Source of the DNA: Deltaproteobacteria bacterium
Lineage (GTDB): Bacteria > JAUYMQ01
NCBI GenBank assembly: GCA_030698575.1
Contig: JAUYMQ010000648.1
Span: 1 to 47,183, forward strand
Reading direction: 5' to 3'
DNA: 47,183 nucleotides
Below, one piece after another: positions 40,204 to 47,183 of the stretch; positions within the stretch are counted from its first letter, which is position 1; each line of letters begins with the position of its first letter. Position numbers and translations under genes: made by a program. Under the pieces are notes generated by a model. That model was not told the origin of the DNA. It saw nothing but the letters and a program-made list of their open reading frames with translations, and made no database searches.

Positions 40204-41397
40204 CTAGTCGTCATCCTTGCCACCCATTACCGTCAGCCGAGCTCCCTGGAGAGCCCGCCGAAGGTGCGCCCCAATCGCTTGCGTCGCCGGGTCCGACTGC
40301 CCCGGAAGCGCGTGCCGATAGACGCGGCTCGCCGTTCGCTCGTCCTCGTGCCCGAGCAGGCTCGCCAGCGCGCGCAGGTCGCCGCCGGCCAGTGTCGCAG
40401 CGGTGTGCCGCAGGCCGTACGGCGAGACGTATGGAACTCCGGCCAGCTCCGACGTGGCGCGGATGCGTCGCCGTAGCGGCTTGGCGTCGCAGGCCTGGCT
40501 CTCGTGCCTCCGCCCGAGCGGGAACAACAGGCCCGCACCGCCGGCCTCAGCGTCGCGCCGGTTGACCCACGCGCGTACCACCTCGAGGCACGTGTCATCC
40601 GCGATCGTGAATGCACGCACCGCGCGGCGCGACTTCACCCGCTCGCCTTCGCGCGGGCGCACGTAGACCACGCCGCGCATGGCGTCCACATCCGCGACGC
40701 GCAGGCGCAGCGCTTCTCCCGGCCTCGGTGCGTGGCAGAGCACGATGGCGAGCGCTGGCCACTCGGGCCACCGCTTCTCGAGCTTGAACACGGCCCGAAA
40801 CCAGCGGTCGAGTTGGTGCGGGTGTAACCACTCGCGCCCGTGCTCCCCCTCCGGGCGTTTGATGTCCGCCCACGTCACGGACGGTGCATGGCCGCAAGCC
40901 ACAAGATGTCTCTGCATCGCTGTAACCGCGTCGAGCTCCGCCGCTACGGTGCGCTGCGAGATCTTGGAGCCCGTGCGCGAGCCGTCCATCTTGAGCCTGG
41001 CGTCTCTGTAATCAATGCCCTGCTCGCGCGTAATGCGCAGAGGGCACGGCTCGCCCAGGAGCCTACCGACCGCACTGAAGCGATCCCGGTAGGTCGTCAG
41101 GCCACTCTCGGCGTCGCCCTCGTCCTTGCGCCATGCCAAAAATTCGGCCACTGCCTCGGTCCATGTGGTCGGTGCCGTCAGCCGTCCCGCGAGGAGCTCC
41201 TCTGCGATGCGCCTTGCCGCGGCTTCTGCCTGCTTTTGTGTGGTGGCGATCGGAAGAGGGATCTCGCGCGTGCGAGGGCGTCCTCTGTCACTGTCCCAGG
41301 TGGTAGTGACGACGATCCATCTGTGGGTGACGTCGCCGTCCCACTTGTTGCGCCGCCAGCTTGCGACGGCGCGGTCTCCTGTGTACTTCCGGCCCAT
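40204..41397 (-). CDS. int: Tyrosine recombinase (phage integrase), 397 aa
   Basis: ATG at 41397 follows GGAGG. Catalytic-type motifs are GEALRLRVADVD, YGLRHTAATLAG and LLGHEDERTASRVYRH. The first 181 codons of track ORF 40204..41940 are an Arg-rich non-coding-looking extension. Confidence 0.9.
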   Translation of the reverse strand: MGRKYTGDRAVASWRRNKWDGDVTHRWIVVTTTWDSDRGRPRTREIPLPIATTQKQAEAAARRIAEELLAGRLTAPTTWTEAVAEFLAWRKDEGDAESGLTTYRDRFSAVGRLLGEPCPLRITREQGIDYRDARLKMDGSRTGSKISQRTVAAELDAVTAMQRHLVACGHAPSVTWADIKRPEGEHGREWLHPHQLDRWFRAVFKLEKRWPEWPALAIVLCHAPRPGEALRLRVADVDAMRGVVYVRPREGERVKSRRAVRAFTIADDTCLEVVRAWVNRRDAEAGGAGLLFPLGRRHESQACDAKPLRRRIRATSELAGVPYVSPYGLRHTAATLAGGDLRALASLLGHEDERTASRVYRHALPGQSDPATQAIGAHLRRALQGARLTVMGGKDDD

Positions 41398-41609
41398 TGG
41401 GTACCTCCAGCCCCGGACCGGCGTCTCGGTGCCGGAGGCAATGATGCGCCGTCGTCCGTCACCTCCGCAAGGGCCCTTTCGGCCTCGGCAAGCTCGGCTT
41501 CCACGGCGGCGCGGGCCGCTCGCAGCTCCCCAACTCGGCGGAAAAGGTAGGCACGGGCTGTGGTGGGCATGCCGGCGGGCTCCGAAGCGTCGCGATCGTC
41601 GCCCATCAT
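41178..41609 (-). CDS. Possible small coiled-coil ORF coupled to the upstream gene (uncertain)
   Basis: ATGATG at 41609 overlaps the upstream TGA. MMGDDRDASEPAGMPTTARAYLFRRVGELRAARAAVEAELAEAERALAEV looks real, but the frame stays open 220 nt into the integrase CDS. Confidence 0.2.
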   Translation of the reverse strand: MMGDDRDASEPAGMPTTARAYLFRRVGELRAARAAVEAELAEAERALAEVTDDGASLPPAPRRRSGAGGTQWAGSTQETAPSQAGGATSGTATSPTDGSSSLPPGTVTEDALARARSLFRSPPHKSRQKPRQGASQRSSSRDG

Positions 41610-42568
41610 GCCGCGGCCGGCTCCTGGGCGAGCTGCTCGATCGCCGCCCGCTCCTCGTCTGTTGCCGGGCGACCCGCGATGATGTCGCCGATTCGTCGCA
41701 ACGGGATGCTCGTCTCCTCCGCAAGCCGCCTGTTGGTCCACCCCGTGTCGACCAACGCCTGAAGCTGGCGCGGCAGGCCCGCCGCGCGGTACGGCTTTGG
41801 GGCAGCGAAGCGATCTGAACGCCCAGTCGTGGCGGGCTTCTGCGAGGGGCTCGCCACGGCTGGCTTCCGCGCGGGGGAATCAGTAGGTGGCGGCTCAGGC
41901 TCGACGGGTGTCGGATCTGACGGCGGACCGGCCGAGCCATCCGGCGCTGTTGAGTGGCTGCCGTTGCCGCCGCATTTCAGCACGTGGCGCCAGAGCTGCG
42001 CACAGCTAAAGGCGCTGTGGCACCGAGGGCACTCCTCGTTGGTAGGTGCCCGCGCCGCATCGAGGCTGCGAAGCTGCCCGACGTGCGGGAACGGCGGCAC
42101 ATCGACCGGCTGTTTTGCCGCACGCGCTCGAGCTCCATACTTCTTCAGAGTTTTATCGACGGCGTCGCTGCCACCGCCAAGCTCCGCCGCGATTTCCGGC
42201 GTTGCCCTGCCGGCCTCGACAAGGTCAGCGATCGCGTCGAGGCGCTTCTGGTTGCGCCACTTGGCCGTTGGGTTGACGCTGCGAGCGACCTTTTGCTTAG
42301 ACTGACTGCGCTTCGCCGGCGCCGGAGGCTCCGCCGGCGCCTGAGGCTTCTTCGGTCGCTGCGGCGCTGGCTGGGGTTGCGCCGAAGATGCGGAGGCATC
42401 GAGCGCAGGCTGCACGCCGGTGCCAACTATCCACGCATCGACCTCTTCACGCAGGGCAATTGCCAGGGTGGCGCGGATGAGGGCATCAAGCTCGACGATC
42501 GTCGCAGCCGCCTGGTCCCGAAGGGCGGTGATCAGCGGCTCGTGTAGTTTGGTTTGGGTCTTAGGCAT
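41606..42568 (-). CDS. Multi-domain DNA-binding protein (RHH-like N-terminus, two HTH segments, CPRC...H...C zinc finger), 320 aa
   Basis: KLHEPLITALRDQAAATIVELDALIRATLAIAL is RHH-like. ATPEIAAELGGGSDAVDKTLKKYG and TNRRLAEETSIPLRRIGDIIAG are HTH-like. Confidence 0.55.
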   Translation of the reverse strand: MPKTQTKLHEPLITALRDQAAATIVELDALIRATLAIALREEVDAWIVGTGVQPALDASASSAQPQPAPQRPKKPQAPAEPPAPAKRSQSKQKVARSVNPTAKWRNQKRLDAIADLVEAGRATPEIAAELGGGSDAVDKTLKKYGARARAAKQPVDVPPFPHVGQLRSLDAARAPTNEECPRCHSAFSCAQLWRHVLKCGGNGSHSTAPDGSAGPPSDPTPVEPEPPPTDSPARKPAVASPSQKPATTGRSDRFAAPKPYRAAGLPRQLQALVDTGWTNRRLAEETSIPLRRIGDIIAGRPATDEERAAIEQLAQEPAAA

Positions 42569-42573
42569 TATCG

Positions 42574-43533
42574 TCAGTCTCCTCGCCGCATCTCCGGAGG
42601 GACATCATTCCACCCCAGCGCTGCGAACACGTCTTGCTCGGTGGGTGTAAGCAGCACATTTCCGGCCTGCCCGTGCAAGGCGCAGTCAAACACCCGGAGC
42701 CTCTGCCGGGCAGCAGCCCGCATCAGTTCCCGTGAAAAATCCGCCGGCCCCGTGCGGATCGCGAGCAGTAGCCCCCACTGGGCAGGAGGGCGGCAAAGGA
42801 ACAGGTCGAGCGGGCACCGGAGCGCCGGCACCTGGTAGCGTCTGTAGCGGTCGCCGCATTTGGAGGGCCGCGCGAGCATCCCTCGCCGAACCAGGTCAGC
42901 GAGCACGGCGCCGAGGTCCTTGGCCAGCTCTGCGACGAGTCGGCGCAGCTCGAGCGTGGTGGCGAGGAGCCGGTGCTCCGCCTCGTCGTGGCGCAGCGAT
43001 AGACGCTCGAGCACCTGGACGCGAGCTTGCATCCGCTCGAGGCGCTCGAGCGCGTAGTCAGCGGGGATGCTCAGGTGCATAGTCGAGGCCTGCGTTGGCC
43101 CATCGCACTCGAGCGCGGAGGCAGGCTCGCAGTCCTCAAAACAAATCGTATGCGTGACGGCGAGCGATCCGGATGCTGCGCGCTTGAACGTGGCCAGTAC
43201 CCCGACGCCATCGCACTCGTGCGCCGCCGTGCCCTCGACCCACCCGACGCCGTCCTCCGTGACCCCGCCGACAATCCTCCACGCGCCGCCGCACTCGTCG
43301 CAGGGGATCCGATCGCGCTCCTCATGCTGGCGCAGGGCATCGTCGTATCCGCGCTCATACATCTGGCATCCTTCGCACAGTAGGCGCACGTGATCTGCGA
43401 CATCAATCGCAGCGGCGCGCGTCTGGTCGTATGTGCAACCGCACGCATCACACGGGCCTCTGGTCCACGGCTCTATGCGCCTCATACGCACGTCGGAGAC
43501 TGCCACCGGCTGTGGGACTGATACGACGTTCAC
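42574..43533 (-). CDS. Cys-rich protein with a Pol X (Pol beta-like) C-terminal palm/thumb remnant, 319 aa
   Basis: GTG at 43533 follows GGAGGTGG (GTGA overlap). The C-terminus CPLDLFLCRPPAQWGLLLAIRTGPADFSRELMRAAARQRLRVFDCALHG...LLTPTEQDVFAALGWNDVPPEMR parallels the PolX pattern RVDLRVVP...FGAALLYFTGSK.HN..LR..A...GLKLNEYGL......EEEIYAALGLPYIPPELRE. Confidence 0.55.
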   Translation of the reverse strand: MNVVSVPQPVAVSDVRMRRIEPWTRGPCDACGCTYDQTRAAAIDVADHVRLLCEGCQMYERGYDDALRQHEERDRIPCDECGGAWRIVGGVTEDGVGWVEGTAAHECDGVGVLATFKRAASGSLAVTHTICFEDCEPASALECDGPTQASTMHLSIPADYALERLERMQARVQVLERLSLRHDEAEHRLLATTLELRRLVAELAKDLGAVLADLVRRGMLARPSKCGDRYRRYQVPALRCPLDLFLCRPPAQWGLLLAIRTGPADFSRELMRAAARQRLRVFDCALHGQAGNVLLTPTEQDVFAALGWNDVPPEMRRGD

Positions 43534-44198
43534 GCTCCACCTCCCGACTGCGGCGGCTGCGACGCACGCCACCGCTGGTAGTTTTCCTCCTGCGCTGCTG
43601 CCTGTCGGTGCAACCAGGCATCCGCCTCGTGGGCGTCGACGGGGAGATGCTGACATCCTGGATGCGTCCGCAGATGCCAGAGCAGCGCGCCAGTCATCAG
43701 GCAGTCCGCACTCGCCCGGTGGGCCTGGCCGGGACAGCGGATGCCGAGCCGAGCGCAGACGCTGGTGAGCCGGTGGCGGCCCGGGCCCCGCCAGTACCGC
43801 CCCACCGCGTCGAGCCGCACGATGACCAGTGGGTCGATGACTGGCTTGCCCGCGGTGGCCTCGTCCCAGGCAACCCCAAGGCTGCGACTCAGGATTGGCT
43901 CGTCGTAGCAGAGAAAGTTGTAGCCGACGAGGACCTCCGCCTCGTCCACGTGGTCGAGGAACCGCTCGGCGACGTCCTCGATGCGCGACTCCCGCGCCAC
44001 CATGGCGTCGGTGATGCCGTGCACGGCGGAGGCCTGCTCGGGGATCGGGATGCCAGGATTGATGAGCCTCCCCATTCTTGCGCCGGGGCGCCCCCTGTCG
44101 AACGGGACGGCGGCCAGCTCGACTATGGCCGCTGTGGTGGTATCGATGCCGGTGGTCTCGGTGTCGATGACGAGCCAGCGCGCCTCCCAGATGTTCAC
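43530..44198 (-). CDS. DnaQ-like DEDDh 3'-5' exonuclease, 222 aa
   Basis: GTG at 44198 follows GGAGGGG. ExoI is LVIDTETTG, ExoII is GYNFLCYDEPIL and ExoIII is HRASADC. Confidence 0.8.
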   Translation of the reverse strand: MNIWEARWLVIDTETTGIDTTTAAIVELAAVPFDRGRPGARMGRLINPGIPIPEQASAVHGITDAMVARESRIEDVAERFLDHVDEAEVLVGYNFLCYDEPILSRSLGVAWDEATAGKPVIDPLVIVRLDAVGRYWRGPGRHRLTSVCARLGIRCPGQAHRASADCLMTGALLWHLRTHPGCQHLPVDAHEADAWLHRQAAAQEENYQRWRASQPPQSGGGA

Positions 44199-44208
44199 CG
44201 TGCCCCTC

Positions 44209-45258
44209 CTATGCCCACGGGTCGAAGTCGCCGCCGGCCGCCGGCCCCTGCGCGGGGGGCGCCGTCGTCGCAGTCGTTGTTGGTGCAGGGGTTGCCGTCG
44301 TCGCACGCGTCGCGCTCATGGCAGTGAAGGGGTCGTCATCGCCTTCCAGCGGCTTACGCTGTACGGACGCGGGGTTGCGGTCGGTCGGGAAGAGCCGCGC
44401 GGTGCGCTCGCCGTTTTTTTCCATCTGGTGCGCGGGGGGCGCCGTCGTCGCACGCTCGGATTGTGCAGGCGTCGCCGTATCATCTGACTCGGCCTCGTCG
44501 GCCTCGTTGTCGATCCAATCGTGGGCCTCGACCAGCTTGGTCGTGGGGAGATCGCCGAGGCGGACGAGTGTGAAGTCCTGCAGGAGGTTTTGCTCGGCGT
44601 CGTCGTCGATCTCCCTCAGGCGCTGGCGGAGAGCGGCGACGTCCGTGTGTGAGATAGTCTCTGGCTGCCGTCGCCGGCGGCTGGTGGGGCGCTCGGGTTC
44701 ACGGTTTGTCTTCTGTGAGCGCCGTGGAGCGGGCTCGTCGTCTTCATCCTGCGGGAAGTCCTCGCTACCGATGTGGCTCAGATCCAGTATGTTTGTGGCC
44801 CGGATCTCAGCCATCTCACTATCGGTGATCTCCTCCTCCGGCGTGATCGAGTAGGTGGTCTTCGGGTCGCCCTTCTGCCCCACCCGCTCGATTTGATACC
44901 ACCACAGCTCGCGACCGAGCTTCTTGGTGGCTCGGCAGACTAGCTTGAACCAGCCAATTCCACCCTCCACAACCTTCATCCGACATTCGTCCCGGACGTA
45001 GAAGCACACCATGACCTTGACGCTCTTCCGGCTGCCCTTGCGGCACGCGCGGCAGTCGGACCCGCCGCAGTCGACGTAGGTCTGCCCGGTCCAGTGTACC
45101 TCCCGGATCCGCGGGTCACCCACGAACGCCCCCACCACCGTATCCTCGTCATCCTCCAGGCGGACGTAGATCGATGCCCTCTTGGCGATGTCCTTCGCGG
45201 TCGCCAATGCGGCGTCCCACGCGTCCGCACCTCGCGCCCGTCCGTTGCCTCTTGCCAT
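44209..45258 (-). CDS. Putative ssDNA-binding/annealing protein with a Zn motif and a long acidic/TAP-rich tail, 349 aa
   Basis: ATG at 45258 sits 7 nt after GGAGG (alternative GTG at 45261). It contains CGGSDCRAC, lies next to the YqaJ exonuclease, and ends in GGDFDPWA. Confidence 0.35.
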   Translation of the reverse strand: MARGNGRARGADAWDAALATAKDIAKRASIYVRLEDDEDTVVGAFVGDPRIREVHWTGQTYVDCGGSDCRACRKGSRKSVKVMVCFYVRDECRMKVVEGGIGWFKLVCRATKKLGRELWWYQIERVGQKGDPKTTYSITPEEEITDSEMAEIRATNILDLSHIGSEDFPQDEDDEPAPRRSQKTNREPERPTSRRRRQPETISHTDVAALRQRLREIDDDAEQNLLQDFTLVRLGDLPTTKLVEAHDWIDNEADEAESDDTATPAQSERATTAPPAHQMEKNGERTARLFPTDRNPASVQRKPLEGDDDPFTAMSATRATTATPAPTTTATTAPPAQGPAAGGDFDPWA

Positions 45259-46250
45259 CACTTAACCTCCGAAACCGTAAAACGACGGTAGCTGGACGTC
45301 GCGCAGTACTCCGCCGCGAGGTCCGGTCGCTCCGCCCGCAGTCGTTTGATGTCGATCCGCTCGGACTGGACAGTCGTCCACCGCACCAGGTGGCTGCCGG
45401 CAGAGCCCTTCTCGTGCTCTCCGAGCATTGTTTTGATTTGATTTTCCACCGCGGTCCGCCGCCGCTCGAGTGCCTTCTGCTCGTCGCAGATGGACTCCCG
45501 CTCCGCGATGAGCGACAGCGCGTCCGCCGGCAGCCGCACGATGTCTGGGGTGGACTCGGCCCACAGCAGCGCCAGCGCTTCCGCGGTGCTCTCGGTGTCG
45601 TCCACCGGGGGCATCTCGCCCGACTGCACGTAGCCCCAGAACTCGCGTTCCTGCTGGAGCAGCCAGGCGATGGCGTCCTCGTCGCGGTTGACGATGCGCT
45701 CTTCATAGTGGTTGCCGCCGAGCAGGACGGGGACGTAGGCCCGCTGCACCATGGGCCCGAGCACCGCGAGGTAGTGGAGGGTCTGCCAGTAGTAGTCGGC
45801 CGGCACTCCACCCGCCCACTTGCGCTTCATGTACTCGCCGCCGGTCTTCACCTCGACGAGCACCGGCCGCCGGTTCTCGTCCAGTGCAATGCCGTCGAGG
45901 TTGGCGAGAGCCCACGGCACATCGGGGTGGCGGAGGGTGGCCCCGACGCGGTGGACGGTGAGCTCCGGGTGCGACTCGGCGAACTTCTGGAGCACCGTCG
46001 CCTCGTGGCGGTGCCCCCACTCCATGGGCTCAGTCTGCTCCCGAGGTGGGATCCGGTCGGTCTTGTCCGCCCAGAGGTAGACCCGCGAGCGGTAGTCGCT
46101 CTTGCCAACCGCGGCCGCGGCGTCGGATCCGCCGATGCCACCCTTGCGCAGCTCGAGCCATCGCTCGTGCGTCATGGCGTCGTGCCAGCCGATGATCCCC
46201 GCGTGCCCGACGCGCGTTGCAGTCCGGGGGATGGTCTGTATAGCGCCCAT
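45258..46250 (-). CDS. YqaJ-type (lambda Exo-like, PD-(D/E)XK) recombination exonuclease, 330 aa
   Basis: Internal ATG at 46250 follows GGGGGGTGG. ERWLELRKGGIGGSDAAAAVGKSDYRSRVYLW, EWGHRHE and LDGIALDE...VLVEVKT are YqaJ motifs. Confidence 0.8.
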   Translation of the reverse strand: MGAIQTIPRTATRVGHAGIIGWHDAMTHERWLELRKGGIGGSDAAAAVGKSDYRSRVYLWADKTDRIPPREQTEPMEWGHRHEATVLQKFAESHPELTVHRVGATLRHPDVPWALANLDGIALDENRRPVLVEVKTGGEYMKRKWAGGVPADYYWQTLHYLAVLGPMVQRAYVPVLLGGNHYEERIVNRDEDAIAWLLQQEREFWGYVQSGEMPPVDDTESTAEALALLWAESTPDIVRLPADALSLIAERESICDEQKALERRRTAVENQIKTMLGEHEKGSAGSHLVRWTTVQSERIDIKRLRAERPDLAAEYCATSSYRRFTVSEVK

Positions 46251-46260
46251 GCCACCCCCC

Positions 46261-47183
46261 CTACACCGCCAGCCGGCGCTGCTCGATGTCCACCACCACC
46301 GCGCCGGGGCCCCACCCTGTGGGGTCGACGGCGAACACGAGCACCTGGTCGAGGTGGCCCCCGTCCACGAGCCAGCGCGCCAGGCGCCAGAAAGTGGCTC
46401 GGTTCTCCGCGTCGAGGGCCTCACCACCGTCCAGCACCACCACCCGGCAGGGCGACTGCGCCAAACGGTGGAGCGTGGCACTCAACATGATCATCGCCAT
46501 CGCGAAGTGCCCCGCGCTGAGGCTGGACAGCGGAGCGAAACCGCGGACCGTCTCATAGCCGAGCCCGAAGCGGGCGCCGAAACGCGCCGTGAAGGTGCCG
46601 ATGTTGACGCCGTACTTCTTCGCGAGCTTGTCCATCGGTCGCGTGATCGGGGCCACGAGCCCCTCGAGCACCTCGCGCTCGAGGCCGTGGGCCGCCGCCG
46701 CCACGGACCTCCAGATATCCCCCCACGCCTGGGCACGCAGCCGCTTGCACTGCGCGTCTGCCTTGCGCTGCGCGTCCTCGTCCGCCAGCGCCCGCTGCGC
46801 CTGAGCGGAGTGGTAGGCCTCAGATGCCTCCTTCGCCGCGCGCTTGGCGTGCTCGCTCTGCTCCTCGGCTGCCAGCAGACGGCGTGCGACCTCCGCGGGC
46901 TCGGGCGGTCTGCCGGTGTCGTCGGCTGAGGTGGCGACGAGGGCGCGCTTCGCCGCCGCGAGCTGAGCATCCGCAGCCTCGAGCTGCTCGAGAGCCTCAC
47001 ACCGTCGGGTGGCTACCGCATCGAGCTGCTCGGCGAGCTCGGCGATGAGCGCCCGGAGGCCTTCGGCTCGTGAATCGAGCGCGGCCTGTTGCTCCCCGCC
47101 ACCCCGGGTCAGCCGCTCGGTTTTTCGCTCGGCCTGTCGCACACGGTCGCCCGCGGCATGCGCGTTGGCGCGAGCGCGGTCGA
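46261..47183 (-). CDS. Rad50/SbcC-like ATPase, C-terminal coiled coil plus head (same gene as 1..1663)
   Basis: Track ORF 46261..47142. It has the signature-like LSAGHFAMAMIMLSATL and the Walker B/D-loop VVVLDGGEALD. The frame stays open to the window end and continues at position 142 after removal of the 141-bp overlap. Confidence 0.85.
   Translation of the reverse strand, partial: DRARANAHAAGDRVRQAERKTERLTRGGGEQQAALDSRAEGLRALIAELAEQLDAVATRRCEALEQLEAADAQLAAAKRALVATSADDTGRPPEPAEVARRLLAAEEQSEHAKRAAKEASEAYHSAQAQRALADEDAQRKADAQCKRLRAQAWGDIWRSVAAAAHGLEREVLEGLVAPITRPMDKLAKKYGVNIGTFTARFGARFGLGYETVRGFAPLSSLSAGHFAMAMIMLSATLHRLAQSPCRVVVLDGGEALDAENRATFWRLARWLVDGGHLDQVLVFAVDPTGWGPGAVVVDIEQRRLAV
47043..47183. 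repeat. Second copy of the 141-bp terminal overlap
   Basis: Identical to bases 1-141. Confidence 0.95.

Noticed and set aside
40204-41940. The 578-aa version of the integrase ORF
   Set aside because: The first 181 codons are an Arg/Ser/Pro-rich stretch with no protein character, and they overlap the upstream gene. A GGAGG ribosome-binding site precedes the ATG at 41397, which gives a normal 397-aa tyrosine recombinase.

Overview
The window is a complete, circularly closed genome of a temperate, high-G+C phage with a contractile tail. Bases 1-141 are identical to 47043-47183, so the unique length is 47,042 bp.

Layout:
- Leftward operon (minus strand, 2537 down through the junction to 40204): two paralogous CPxC zinc-ribbon proteins, a Csx3/Crn3-like protein, an 814-aa Rad50/SbcC-like ATPase split by the window ends, a YqaJ exonuclease, an SSB-like protein, a DnaQ-like exonuclease, a degenerate Pol X-like protein, a multi-domain DNA-binding protein and a tyrosine integrase. 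The integrase is followed by a tRNA-Ala-like 3' half, the candidate attP.
- Visibly A/T-richer island (about 3280-5970): a stand-alone S24/UmuD-like gene on its left flank, a DUF488 gene convergent with an unrecognisable 273-aa gene, and an XRE repressor translationally coupled to two small membrane proteins.
- Divergent repressor/Cro-like switch with palindromic operators.
- Rightward early genes: an HTH regulator, an 870-bp repeat-rich non-coding tract, RusA, a replication initiator carrying in-frame iteron-like repeats, and a DnaC-like loader.
- A full lambda-D/E-type head plus myovirus tail and baseplate morphogenesis block (12311-37016).
- A small minus-strand HTH/acidic-protein operon next to attP.

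No rRNA, CRISPR array or complete tRNA was seen.

The most unusual content is the phage-borne Csx3-like gene coupled to the Rad50-like ATPase, the low-GC accessory island, and the long structured non-coding tract. All functional calls come from motif recognition by eye and need profile or structure searches.
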